Shown: positions 26,464 to 38,377 of the stretch, piece after piece
Numbering within the stretch: the first letter of the stretch is position 1
Layout: the number at the start of each line of letters is the position of its first letter
Source: an uncultured Verrucomicrobiae bacterium
Lineage (GTDB): Bacteria; Verrucomicrobiota; Verrucomicrobiia; Chthoniobacterales; Chthoniobacteraceae
Length of the DNA stretch: 64,000 bases
Reading direction: 5' to 3'
Assembly (NCBI GenBank): GCA_963828525.1
Contig: CAWHEP010000002.1
Location: 512,001 to 576,000 of the forward strand
Notes under the pieces: generated by a model
The model's input: the letters and a program-made list of their open reading frames with translations, nothing else
What the model was told of the DNA's origin: nothing
Database searches by the model: none
Made by a program: the position numbers and the translations under genes

Positions 26464-27737
26464 ATGAAAATCCTGGTGATCGGCGGCGGCGGCCGCGAAC
26501 ACGCCCTCTGCTGGAAGCTGCGGCAATCGCCTCGCGCCACGGAGATCTTTTGCGCGCCGGGCAATGCCGGCACCGCCGCGCTGGGCCGCAACGTGCCCAT
26601 CCCGATCACCGATCTACGCCGCGCTGCTGCGCTTCGCGCAGGAGGAGAAAATCGACCTCACCGTGGTCGGGCCGGACGACGCGCTGGCCGCGGGCATCGT
26701 CGATCTTTTCCAAAGCCACGGGCTGCGCATTTTCGGGCCGACCCGCGCCGGCGCGCGCTTCGAGTCGTCGAAGGGCTTTGCCAAGCAATTCATGGAGCGC
26801 CACGGCATCCCGACGGCGCGCTTCGGGGAATTCACCGACAGCGCGGAGGCGCACCGCTTTTGCCAGCAGATGAAATACCCTGTCGTGATCAAGGCGGATG
26901 GCCTCGCGCTCGGCAAAGGCGTGGTCATCGCCGCCACGCGGAGGAAGCGGCCAAGGCGATTTACCGAATGATGGAGCAGCGGCAGTTCGGCGAGGCGGGC
27001 CGCCGCGTCGTGATCGAGGAATTTCTGGAGGGCGAGGAATGCTCCATCCACGCGCTGGTGGATGGCGGCAGCTACGCGCTTTTCCCCGGCGCGCAGGATC
27101 ACAAGCAGGTGTTCGATGGCGACCGCGGCCCGAACACCGGCGGCATGGGGGCCTATTCGCCCGCGCCTCTCCTCACGCCGGAGCTGGAGGCGCAGGTGCG
27201 CACGGAAGTGATGGACCGATTCATCCAGGGCCTGGCGGCGGACGGGCTGGAATTTCGCGGCCTGCTCTACCCCGGGCTGATGGTGACGCGCTATCGGCCT
27301 GAAGGTGCTGGAGTTCAATTGCCGCTTCGGCGATCCCGAGACGCAGGTCTTCCTGCCGCGGCTGGAATCCGATCTCGTGGATGCGCTGGAGGCCGTGATC
27401 GACGGCCGGCTGGCGCAGCAGGACTTGCGCTGGAAAACGGAGGCGGCCGTCTGCGTGGTGATGGCCTCGGGGGGATACCCCGGCGATTATGAAAAGGGGC
27501 GGGAGATCACCGGCATTGAAAGCGCGGAGGCGGAGGGCGGTGTGACGGTTTTCCACGCCGGGACGCGGCGGGAAAATGGCAAGCTCGTCACAGCGGGTGG
27601 CCGCGTGCTGGGGGTGACGGCCACGGGCGCGGATGTGCGCGCGGCGCGGGAAAAGGCCTACGCGGCGGCGCGACAAGATTCACTTTGCCGGCGCGCATTT
27701 CCGGCGGGACATTGCGGCGAAGGCGCTTCGGGATTAG
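26464..27737 (+). CDS. purD: Phosphoribosylamine--glycine ligase (frameshifted)
   Basis: MKILVIGGGGREHAL, KADGLALGKGV, GPNTGGMGAYSP, EFNCRFGDPETQ, FHAGT. Confidence 0.95.
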
Positions 27738-27752
27738 CCTCGTCTCCTGGCC

Positions 27753-28944
27753 ATGAAATTTCCGGTTCTGTTTTGCCTGCTCGCCCTGCCTGCCGCGCTT
27801 GCACGCCCAAGCCACCAAGGCCCGCGTGGACGCTCCGCCGGAGATCGCGCCCTCGCCGGCCGCCGTGCCCAAGGCTCCCCCGTGAATCGGCCCAAGCCGA
27901 TCGTCGTCGCCAAACCGAAGTGGGCCGGCCCCGGAAGCCGCGCCCGCGGCGAGCGTGGATGCGCTCAGCGCCGAAGCGGTCAAGAAGGCGCTCTCGGCTT
28001 TGCAGTCGAATTACGTTCCGCCGATTTCCGAGGAGCAGATGAATCGCGCCACCCTGCAGGGCTTGCTGGATTCCCTCAGCCCTTCGGTGAGTCTTTCCGG
28101 CAGCGGCGAAAAGGCCGCACCGGCTGCGCCTTTCTACAGCGAGACCTTACGAAAATCGCGTGGGCTATCTTCGCCTCGGCGCGCTTTCCGACAGAATCTG
28201 CGAGGCCGCAGGTCACGACCCTGCAGGGTTGGCGGACAACGAAGATCGGCGCGGTCATTCTCGATCTCAGGAGCACTCCTCCCAGCAGCGATTTTGGCCC
28301 GGCCTGGCTTCGGCTCGCATTTTTTGCGGCAAGTGGACCTGGCGCTGAAACGAGCAACGGATGCGCAGCTCGGGTACGGAGCGTCGGACGTCGCCTCCTT
28401 TTCGAGGGCCTGGTCGTCGTCTTGGTGGATGGCGATACGGCGCAGGCGGCGGAAGCCGCCGCGGCGGTCCTGCGGCAAATCGGCCAAGGCGATTCTGGTG
28501 GGCGATACCACCGCCGGAAGAGCGTGCCAGTTCACCGATATCCCGCTGGAAAAAGGCATGGTGCTGCATGCCGCCACGGCCCGGGCGAGTCGGTCAATGG
28601 GCACGCGATGACAGGAGGATTGAAGCCGGATATCGCCGAAGATCGCGGAGCATTCTGCAAAGAAGAGATCATGCGGGAAATTACCGCGCACGGGGTGGCG
28701 CGAGCGTGGTGGCGGAGCGCGGCCGGGCGCACCTGAACGAAGCCGCGCTCGTGGCCGGGCGCGACCCGGATATCGACACGCTGGAGGCCGATCAGCAGGC
28801 GTCCCGCCGGCCGGCCGGCGCCACCCATCCCATCGATCGCCAACTGCAGCGGGCGCGTGGATCTGGTGACCTCGATTTCCGTGTTCCAGGCGAAGAGACG
28901 CCGGCTGGCTGCCGATCCGCTCGATTCCGCGAACCACGCAGTAA
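27753..28944 (+). CDS. Exported S41 peptidase-like protein, catalytic residues apparently substituted (frameshifted)
   Basis: GYLRL, ILDLR, VLVDGDTAQAAE, LVGDTTAGR, GLKPDI, DRQLQRA. Confidence 0.7.
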
Positions 28945-30324
28945 CTACGGCGGACTCTGCCGAGGCGGAAGCCGAGAGGACTGGCGCTGGCCGCGGCCGT
29001 GCCCGACACGGTGGCCGAAGGTGATGGAGATGGAGTGGGAGTGGGAGTGGGCGGAGGAGTCGGGGTGGGCGTGGGCGCAGTCAAGTCTTTCCAGGTAAAA
29101 AGCTGCGCGTTATACCCGCCCATCTCCTTGAGGAAGCCATCGATCTTCTCCCGCCAATGCGCGAGATCCGGCGGCCCGAACGGGCGCTCGGCCGTGCCGG
29201 GGAAAACGAGGTAGGTCACCTTCAATTTGCTCTCGGGCGGTTCTCCGAAGTGGCGCAGGCTGTTCATTTGCTGCGCGATCCGCAGCGAGGCTTCTCCCAT
29301 TTTGTTGGCCGGGCCGACATCGCCCACGATGGCGGGATAAATCACGTTCTTGTAAATGACCGCGCAGTAATCGCCCACTCCCGGCGAGAACGGATTCGCT
29401 CTTTTTCCCCGCGACCGACCACGACATGACGACGTAGGGATCGTCCGCGCGCGACCAGGAAGGAATCGGTCTTGAGCTGCTCGATATCCGCCTTCAGCTC
29501 CGCGATCTGGCTTTTCGCCGCTTCCCTTTGCGCGCCGGTTTTCCCGGGCAGCTCGCTTTGCAGCTCGGCGCAGCTTTTCCTCGCGCGGGGCGAGAAATTG
29601 ATTCGGCGTGGCGGTGCGCTTCGGCCAGCGGTAGCTCGTCAGCGGCTGGAAGGTGGGCGAGCTGCCATCGATCAGCGGCACCCGGTCGCTATCCGAACCA
29701 TCGCTGTCCACATCCATGTCGGATTGCAGCCAGAGCGCCTCGCCGCGGCGAGCCGGGCGGCTGCACTTCCAGCACCGTCTCGCAGTCGAAGAAATCGTGG
29801 CGATTCAGGAGCTGATCGAGACGAACCAGGCTCTGCCGCAGCGCCTGCAGCTTGTACCCGTAGAATCGCTCGTACAGCGGGGAAACCTTCGCGGCCCCGA
29901 TCCACTTTGCGAAGGCCGGGAAGACCGCGGGCAGCGCCGGGTTCAGTGCGGCGAGATCGGGCGGCGCCGAGACGGCCTTTGGCACCCGCACGTGCAGGTC
30001 CAGGTGGAGAGTGTAGCTTGCCGGGATCGGCTGCCTCGGCCGTGGCGTTCCGGCCCGGCTCGGCGGAGAAGGAGCTTTGGAACTGGATGCCATTGAAGAG
30101 CCTGCCGGTATCGAGTCTTTTTGTACGGGACGGAGAGCGGCGTGGGCGAAGGCTCCGGCGTCGGGGAGGCCGGCGCCGGGCCGAGGGCGGAGGAGTGGGC
30201 GTCGTCTCTCGGGCGCGGGGCTTGCTTCATCCATATGCTGCGGGGGCGAGCAGGCGGAGAGGCTGAGGCCAGCGCTGCCGAGCACACCGGGCCACCACCG
30301 GCGGCGAGAGGAGCCGCGCATCAT
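28945..30324 (-). CDS. GH75 (chitosanase-like) lipoprotein with Pro/Thr tail (frameshifted)
   Basis: Lipobox LSAC; MDVDSDG, GDYCAVIY, AIVGDVGP, MGEASLR. Confidence 0.75.
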
Positions 30325-30335
30325 CCCGGCTGCGC

Positions 30336-30655
30336 TCAACGATGCCACGCGAGCAGCGTCAGCACGATGCTGGCGATGCTGAGCAAGGCCATGAGGCCGC
30401 CCGGCACGATGGTTTTCTTGTGAATGAAATCGGGCACGAATTTCCCCGCCAGCAGCACGGAAACGGTGATGCCCATCGTGTAGGCGATCTCCGGGCGGCT
30501 GGGGAGCAGCATGCTGGCGGTCACGAGCAGCGCGCCGGAAATCAGCCCGGCGATGACGGAGACGACGCTCTTCGCCTTCACGTATCCCATGATGCCTCCC
30601 ACCGACCGTCAGGAGCGGCAAAGACGATGTAGTAAATCTTGATCGCGGGCACCAT
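30336..30655 (-). CDS. TMEM14 family small membrane protein
   Basis: GGIMGYVKAKSVVSVIAGLISG...VPGGLMA. Confidence 0.85.
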
Positions 30656-30668
30656 GGCGGCTCTTTGC

Positions 30669-31527
30669 TTAGCCGACCCGCTCGGTGCTGGCAACTCCGT
30701 CGCGCGCCCGGCTTTCCTGCCGCACCGAGGAGGCGCTCGCATTCAGGCCGAGCCGCAGCAGGAACAGCGGCACCGAGGCCACCAGCGTCATGCCCAGAAA
30801 GACGACCCAGCCCGGGATGATCCGCGCGCGGTCCTGCGCCACCGCCGGCAAGCGCCTCGCGCACCACCTGCGCGGGCGATGACCTTCAGGAACTCCGGCG
30901 CCGCGAAATCGCGCCCGCGCTCGCCCCTGCGCCGGCCACTTCGCTGAATTCGGTATCCACCGGCCCCGGGCAGAGCGCCGTCACGGAGACGCCGGTGCCG
31001 CGCAATTCCGCGCGCAGCGCCTCGGAGAAACTGCTCACGTAGGCCTTCGTGGCCGCGTAGACCGCGAGTTGCGGGATGGGCAGATAGCTGGCCGTGGAGG
31101 AGACATTCAGGATCGCCGAGTGCTCGAAGGCGCGGAGCACCGGCAGCAGGGAATGGGTGAGCTTGGTGAGGGCGGCGATGTTGACATCGAGCATCGCCTG
31201 CACCTTCGGCCAGGCGGAGCTCTCAAACGGCCCGTGATCGCCGAGCCCCGCGTTATTGACCAGGAAGTTGATATTGACCCCTTCATCGGCAAGCCAGCGG
31301 GTGAAGCGGTCGATAGCGGCGCCGTCCGAAAGATCGAGGGCGTAGCAGTAGATATTGAGCTCCGGATGGGAGCGGGCCAGGCCGGCCTTCAGCTCTTCCA
31401 GGCGGTCCATGCGCCGGGCCACCAGGACGAGGGCGCGGGCCTGCGGCGCGAGCTGCCGGGCGAATTCCTGGCCCAGCCCGGAAGAGGCGCCGGTGATGAG
31501 GGCTGTGCAACCTTGGAAGAATGTCAT
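30669..31527 (-). CDS. Short-chain dehydrogenase/reductase
   Basis: TGASSGLG, NNAG, NVSS, YAATK, LCPGPVDTEF. Confidence 0.9.
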
Positions 31528-31537
31528 AGCAGGGAGT

Positions 31538-31893
31538 ATGCAGGTGCTCAATCTGGCAGGGCAAACACCGTTTGTGACGAAAGATGGATCGGTTATCCGC
31601 AGCATTCTGGACCGGACGAATGCGCCGGTGCAAAAACAGAGCCTCGCCGAGGCGCGGGTGGACCGCCGGAAAATCGACGCAGCGGCACTACCACCGCGGA
31701 GTGCGAGGAGTTCTACTTCATCCTGGAAGGAAGCGGGCGCATGGAGATCGACGGCGAGACGCGGGAGGTGAAACCGGGCGATGCGATTTTGATCCCGCCC
31801 GGCGCCTGGCACACCATCGCGGCGGCGGAACCGCTGCGCTTCCTCTGCTGCTGCGCGCCGCCCTACTCGCACGAGGATACGTTTTTCGAGTGA
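31538..31893 (+). CDS. Cupin domain protein (frameshifted)
   Basis: TKDGSVIRSIL, SLAEA, EEFYFILEGSG, IPPGAWHTI, CCCAPPYSHED. Confidence 0.85.
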
Positions 31894-31935
31894 GCAATGT
31901 CGGTCACGGAAGAAGGATTTCCCCTTTAAAACAAC

Positions 31936-32721
31936 ATGGACAAAAGCAATCGAGAACTCGTCGCAAAAGTACCGCAGGTCACTCTTCTCTTCTGGATCAT
32001 CAAGATCCTCGCGACCACGCTGGGCGAGACCGGCGGCGATGCGGTCACCATGTCCTGGCTTGGCGAAACGACGAACGAAGCCAAAGGCACCGGTTATCTG
32101 ATCGGAACAGCGATCTTCGGCGTGCTGTTCGCCGCCGCGGTGCTCGTCCAAATCAGGGCAAAGAAATTTCACCCCTTCCTTTATTGGTTCACGATCGTCG
32201 CAACGACGACCGTTGGAACGACGCTGGCGGATTATTGCACCAGATCGCTGGGCCTCGGGTATACGGGCGGCTCGACGATCTTGCTGATCCTGGTGATTGC
32301 GTCCCTTCTGATCTGGCGTTGGTCGACCGGGAGCATCTCGGTCGACACGGTGAATACCCCGAAGGTAGAGGGGTTCTATTGGGCGACGATCATGTTCTCA
32401 CAGACACTCGGAACGGCCCTCGGCGACTGGGTCGCCGATACCAATGACATGGGGTACCTCGGGGCCGCGGCAGTCTTCGGAGGGCTGCTCCTCCTGACCG
32501 CCCTTCTCTATTACTTCACGAAACTTTCACGGGCTGTTTTATTCTGGGCCGCGTTCATCCTGACCCGGCCGCTCGGCGCGGTCGTTGGCGATTTCCTCGA
32601 TAAGCCGCTCGCAAAGGGAGGGCTGGCGCTCAGCCGTTACTCGGCCTCCATAGCGCTCCTCGTTGCCATCGTCTTGTTGATTTTGATTTTCCCGCAGAAG
32701 CCCGCTTCGAAAGCGCACTGA
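31936..32721 (+). CDS. COG4705/DUF347-repeat membrane protein
   Basis: KVPQVTLLFWIIKILATTLGET; four G-x-x-x-[GA]-D repeats; FILTRPLGA. Confidence 0.85.
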   Translation: MDKSNRELVAKVPQVTLLFWIIKILATTLGETGGDAVTMSWLGETTNEAKGTGYLIGTAIFGVLFAAAVLVQIRAKKFHPFLYWFTIVATTTVGTTLADYCTRSLGLGYTGGSTILLILVIASLLIWRWSTGSISVDTVNTPKVEGFYWATIMFSQTLGTALGDWVADTNDMGYLGAAAVFGGLLLLTALLYYFTKLSRAVLFWAAFILTRPLGAVVGDFLDKPLAKGGLALSRYSASIALLVAIVLLILIFPQKPASKAH

Positions 32722-32833
32722 CCCTGAAGGGGCCGCTTCTCAGCAAAGCAACTGACGCCGAGGCAGCCGGTGAAGGCGCGCTGGAATTCGGGTGCGGCAC
32801 GGCATTTTGGATACATTCTTCGAGCGAGCGGTG

Positions 32834-32862
32834 TTGCATTCTTGTCCGAATCGTATTACGCT
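32834..32862 (+). promoter_or_regulatory. Sigma70-type promoter, probably leaderless, for the RHH gene
   Basis: TTGCAT-N17-TACGCT, 6 nt before GTG at 32869. Confidence 0.65.
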
Positions 32863-32868
32863 GCTCCT

Positions 32869-33111
32869 GTGAAAACGCTGACGGTTAGGTTACCTGAACT
32901 TCTCTTCGCGGAAATCGAGAGTGCTGCCCAGGCGCGCAATGTCGCCAAATCGGAGATCGTCCGGGAGCGCCTGGAACATGGCGGCAAAAAGAAAAGGTCT
33001 CTTTGGCGCCGGATGGAGGATCTGGTCATCAAAAGCGATGTGCTGCCGCGTGATCTTTCGTCTAAGGAGAAGTATCTGCCAGGCTATGGCCGAAACCGTT
33101 CTGATCGATAG
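32869..33111 (+). CDS. Ribbon-helix-helix (CopG-like) antitoxin
   Basis: MKTLTVRLPELLFAEIESAAQARNVAKSEIVRERL; overlaps the start of a PIN gene. Confidence 0.8.
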   Translation: MKTLTVRLPELLFAEIESAAQARNVAKSEIVRERLEHGGKKKRSLWRRMEDLVIKSDVLPRDLSSKEKYLPGYGRNRSDR

Positions 33112-33210
33112 CGGCGCAATTGTTGCCGCGGTCCAGCAGCGGATTAACACCATGCGTGGGCAAAATCCAGACTTCGAAGCGTTTGCCAATCCTTGCCTTA
33201 GGTGCGAAGC
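33086..33210 (+). pseudogene. Truncated PIN-domain (VapC-like) toxin
   Basis: MAETVLIDSGAIVAA, shifted HHAWA, CEA, then abrupt loss of similarity after about 40 codons. Confidence 0.7.
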
Positions 33211-33358
33211 TGATTATCCGCATCTCGTGGAATTCTTCGATGGCAAGGCGTCGCCGGACTGAATCGGCAATATACTCGCTTGGCGTCATTCCGGCGCGAT
33301 CCGCGCTCGCAGTAATGCGCTGGGTCATCTCGTCAGGAAGATCGATCGTGATCGACAT
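33210..33358 (-). pseudogene. Second RHH/CopG-like gene, 3' end fused into the PIN remnant
   Basis: MSITIDLPDEMTQRITASADRAGMTPSEYIADSVRRRL. Confidence 0.6.
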
Positions 33359-33669
33359 CTCACACAGCGTACCAAATTGGCGGAGTAAGCAAACCACCAA
33401 TGGGCCTCTGACGCAGCCGCTTCATAAAAGGAGTGGCGGTGGCTCAAAAAGACGGCTTCCACCCGGTGTTCATCGCTGATGGATACCTCTACTTCAAACT
33501 CGCCCTTCTCCGAGACGTGAACTCCTAGCAGTTGTCCGGCTCCATCCCGGCACTGGAACTTCGCCGGAGCGGAGAACGAAGGATGACAACGAAGCCGCCC
33601 GCCCGTGAGCTTCTATGCAAAGTCCATCCATGAAACCAATTTCTCCATTTTGTGGAGAGATCATGCGAA

Positions 33670-35476
33670 CTACGCCTCCACCGCTTCCGCCACCGGCGCG
33701 GGGTCGACCCACTTGCCGTGTTCGCGGATCAAATCTTTCAGCCGGTCCACCGCTTCGGCTTCGGGAATGTTGAACTTCACCGGGGTCTTGCCCACGTAGA
33801 GGTTGATCTTGCCCGGCGCGCCGCCCACGTAGCCGAAATCGGCGTCGGCCATTTCGCCGGGGCCGTTCACGATGCAGCCCATGATCGCGATCTTCACGCC
33901 TTTCAGATGCACGGTCGAGGCCTTGATCCGCGCCGTGGTGCTTTGCAGATCGAACAGCGTCCGCCCGCAGGAGGGGCAGGCCACATAGTCGGTCTTGAAG
34001 ATGCGGGAGCCGGCGGCCTGCAGCACGTTGTAACTCAGGCGCAGCGCCTGGCCCGGCGCGGATTCGCCCTGCACGAGGATGGCATCGCCGATCCCGTCGC
34101 AGAGCAGCGAGCCGATGTGCGTGGCGGCGGTGAGCAGCGCTTTTTGGAAATCGACCACCTCGGTCGGCGGGCGTCAGCGTATCCTTGAGCAGGATGGGAT
34201 GGCGCGGGTCGAGCCGGGCCGCGAGCAGGCGGTAGCCGGCGATCACGGGAATATCCAGGCCGTCCCGCAAGGTGACCAGCAGCCGCGTCCGGCGCGGCGT
34301 TCAGCGCGGCGATGGCTTCGTCGTCGCGCGGATCGATCTCGCGCGGCTCGGCGTCCTCGGCGATGAACTCCGGCTTGTAGTCGCCCATGCGCGAGACCTT
34401 GTGCGCGACCTTCGCGAACGCCTCGCGGCGGATGGCCACGCGCAGCAATTCCTCGCCCGCCCAGCGAGACGGATTTGCCAGGCTCCGCCACGGAGATCTC
34501 CGGAAGCGTCTCGGAGACCCGGCGCGAGTAGGTGAAAGGGATCGTAGGAAAGCGGCGCCTCCGCTTCCAGCCGCTCGGCCAGGCCGCCCGCGGCGTTGAA
34601 CGGCGCGACCAGCGCCTGCGCCACCGGGATTTCATGCACGCTATCCTCGGTGAGCGAAACGCGGACGGTATCGCCGATGCCATCGTGCAGCAGCGAGCCG
34701 ATGCCGATGGCGCTCTTGATCCGGCCATCCTCGCCGTCGCCGGCCTCGGTCACGCCGAGATGGATCGGGTAATTCCAGTCCGGTCCCAGCTCGTTCAGCC
34801 GCGCCACGAGCAGCCGGTAGGCCTTGATCATGACCTTCGGGTTGCTCGCCTTCATCGAGAAGACGAAGGCGTGGTAATCGTGCTCGCGGGCGATGCGGGC
34901 GAACTCCAGCGCGCTCTCCACCATGCCGAGCGGCGTGTCGCCGTAGCGGTTCATGATGCGGTCGCGAAAGCGAGCCGTGGTTCGTGCCGATGCGCATGGC
35001 CACGCCGCGCTCCCTGCAGAGCAGCACCAGCGGCGTGAACCGCTCGCGGATGCGCTCCAGCTCCGCCAGGTATTGCTCGTCCGTGTATTCGATGATCTTG
35101 AATTTCTTCGAGTCCGCGTAGTTGCCGGGATTGATGCGCACTTTCTCCACCCACTTGGCCGCTTCCAGCGCGGCCTCGGGCTTGAAATGGATATCGGCCA
35201 CGATCGGCACGTCGCAGCCCTCGCCGCGCAGCCGCCGCACGATGTTCTCCAGATTCGCCGCATCCTTCACCGTGGGCGCGGTGATGCGGACGATCTCGCA
35301 ACCCACCTCCGCCAGCGCGAGCGTCTGCTGCACACACGCCTCCGTGTCCATGGTGTCGCACGTCATCATCGACTGCACCCGGATGGGATTCGCCCCGCCG
35401 ATTCCGACCGGGCCGACCATGCACCTCCCGGGTGGCGCGGCGTGCGATAGGCGTAGGGGTTCTCTGTGTAGGTCAT
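33670..35476 (-). CDS. ispG: HMBPP synthase, long form of about 600 aa (frameshifted)
   Basis: [48 protein letters not shown]. Confidence 0.95.
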
Positions 35477-37135
35477 CGCTGGGATTGGGACGGGATTATC
35501 CCTGGGCTCAAAGCGGAGTTTATCCTGCTTGGTGCCGAACAAATCCTGCACGTCGAAGAAGGCGATGTAGAGCATAAAACCGATAATCAGCACCGCGCAG
35601 CCCGTCTGCACGACCTCGAGAAAGCGCACGCTCACCGGCCGGCGGCGCACCGCCTCCACCAGCGCCAGGGTAATGTGCCCGCCATCCAGCACCGGGATCG
35701 GCAGCAGGTTGATCAGCGCCAGGTTCACATTCAGCACCACGCTGAACCAGAGCGCCAGCCGCCAGCCCTCCCGGCTCTCGAAGAACATGTAGTACACCCG
35801 CATCATCATGACCGGCCCGCCCATGTGCTGGAGCTTGACCCCGCTCTTGCGCGAGACGATGGCCCCCAGGGTATTGAAGATCGACATCATGCCCGCGCGC
35901 ACCTGCTCGCCCGGAGGCGGATGCAGCACCTGGAATTTCCCGTACAGATCCTCGGTAATGCCGTAGTTCTCATCCCACACGATTCCGATGCGCGGCACGG
36001 TGTCTCCTTCCGGCATTGCCGGCGTCACCCTGACCTCGCGGACGGCTTTCTCGCGTTCGATCGTGAGCTTGATGGGCTGGCCCGGGTGGGCCTTGATGAA
36101 ATCGGTGATCTTCGATGATCTCCGGCATCGGCTGGCCGTTCACGCCGGTGACAATGTCGCCCTTCTTTCAGTCCCGCCGCCTGCGCCGGGCTGTCGGCGT
36201 AGACCTCGTGAATGCGCGCATTGGGCTGGAAAGGGCAGCTGGCAGCGTCTTGCCCTTCCGCGGTCGATCGTCGAGCTGCAGCGCCTGGCCGGGGTGGTCC
36301 TTCGCGTAATCGCTCACCGTCTCCATGGTGTAAACCGGCTGGCCGTTGATTCCCTCGAATGATGTCATTCGGCTTCAGGCCGGCCTGCTCCGCCGGGCTG
36401 CCCGGCTCCACCTGCGCCACCATCGGCTGCTGGGCGGGCAGGATGCCGATCTCGCGCAGCGCCTTCCGCATCCACGGCTTGGTCTCGGGCACCTCCGGCT
36501 GGGGATGCAGCGTCTTCGTCTCCGCCACGCCGTTCACCGTCGCGCTGCACGGTGATCGGCACCGTCTCCCCCTCGCTGCGCACGATGCGCCAGGTAATGC
36601 TGTCGGCTCCCATGCCGCTGAACCGGCGCACCGGCTCGCCGTCCACCTCCAGGATTTTGTCGCCCGCCAGGAGCCCGGCCTTGGCGGCGGGGGAATCCGG
36701 CAGCACGTAGCCGATGGTCGTGGTGGCCTCCGCCTCCGTGACGGGCCGGCCCACCATCCAGACGATGGAGGCAAAAACCACCGCCAGCCCGAAGGAAAAG
36801 AGCGGCCCGGCAAAGGCGACGATGATCTTATCCAGCGGCCGAGATCGGGCGGCAGCATCTCCCGCGGGCGTATCGGTTTTCCCCTCCATCACTTCCATGG
36901 GCGCCATCTGCGGCAGCGCCACGAAGCCGCCCGCCGGGATGGTGCCGAGGGAGTACTCCACGCCGTTGATCGTCTTTTTCCAGAGCGGCTTGCCGAACCA
37001 GATGCCGAATTTTTCGATGACCAGCCCGCGCCAGCGCGCCGCCAGGAAGTGCCCCAGCTCATGCACGATGATCATCAGGTTGAAGACCAGGACGACTTCC
37101 AGGAGGATGAGGGGGATTTTCAGGAAATTGGGCAT
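35473..37135 (-). CDS. rseP: RIP metalloprotease with PDZ domains (frameshifted)
   Basis: HELGH, IPAGGFV, AFAGP, NLLPIPVLDGGH. Confidence 0.9.
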
Positions 37136-37225
37136 ACGGGGAAAAGAGGGAGGATCAATGGAGCCGACGCAGGGGTGGACCGCCCGGCGAAGGGTGTGTT
37201 CAAAAATTTCACGGGTGCCGCGTGG

Positions 37226-38371
37226 TCATTGAATGAATTCCTGCGCCAGCGCCCGGGCTTCGGCATCGGCGTCCAGTATAGCATCGAGGCCCGGTTCCGC
37301 AATCGGCCGGTGCCGGTCCATGGCATGGGCCACCGGTCTCCCAGATGGCCGGGAAACCGATCTGGCGGCGGAGGAAAGCGGCGACGGCGACTTCATTGGC
37401 GGCGTTCAGCACCGCAGGGAGCGTGCCGCCGCGCTCGCCGGCTTCGCGCGCCAGGTCCAGCGCCGGGAAATCCGCGGTGCGCGGCGCTTCGAAATCGAGC
37501 CGGGCGAGCTGCGTAAAATCGAGCGGGCGCAGGCTGTTCGGCACCCGCTCCGGCCAGGTCACCGCGTACTGGATGGGGAAGCACATGTCCGAGTGCGAGA
37601 GCTGCGCCAGCACCGAGCTGTCCACGAATTCGACCATGGAGTGCACGATGCTCTGCGGATGCACGATCACATCCACCCGCGCCATCTCGACATCGAAGAG
37701 CCAGCGCGCCTCGATCATCTCCAGCCCTTTGTTGAAGAGCGTGGCGGAGTCGATGGTGATCTTCTCCCCCATGTTCCAGGTCGGGTGCTTCAGCGCCTGC
37801 TCCACGGTCACTGCCGCCAGCTCCGCCGCGGGCAGCTTGCGGAAGGGCCCGCCGCTGGCGGTCAGGATGAGGCGGCGCACCTGCTCCGGGCCGCGGCCTT
37901 CCAGGCATTGGAAGATGGCGTTGTGCTCGCTGTCCACCGGCAGCACCTGCACGCCCTTGCGCCGGGCCGCTTCCATCACCGCCTGCCCCGCCATCACCAG
38001 GATTTCCTTGCTCGCCACGGCGATATCCTTCCCGGCCTCGATCGCCGCCAGCGCCGGCTTCAGTCCGCCCGTGCCCACGATGGCGATCAGCACCAGGTCC
38101 GCCTCCGGCAGCGTGGCCAGTTCCACCAGCCCCTGCTCGCCGCGGTGCCGCACGCGCGCGTCGAGTTCCGCGGGCACCGCCGTTTCCGGGCAGGTCGTGC
38201 AGAGCGCGGCGTGGGGAAATTGCGCGGCCAGCTTCCGGCCAGCTTGGCCAGGTTGCGATTGCCCGAGAGGCCCACGATCTCCATGCGCTCGGGAATGTCG
38301 TGGGCGACCTTGGCGGCGCTCTGGCCGATGGAGCCGGTGGCCCCCAGGACGACAACTCGGCGGCGTTTCAT
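37226..38371 (-). CDS. dxr: 1-deoxy-D-xylulose 5-phosphate reductoisomerase (frameshifted)
   Basis: [53 protein letters not shown]. Confidence 0.95.
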
Positions 38372-38377
38372 TTGAAC

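Noticed and set aside
25300..27492. 730-aa ScpA-PurD fusion ORF
   Set aside because: This is read-through caused by a frameshift near the end of scpA. The linker is repeat/hairpin DNA and purD has its own start at 26464.
33670..35476. Unusually long IspG as a novel fusion
   Set aside because: The long form with an inserted domain is already known from plants, Chlamydiae and other bacteria.
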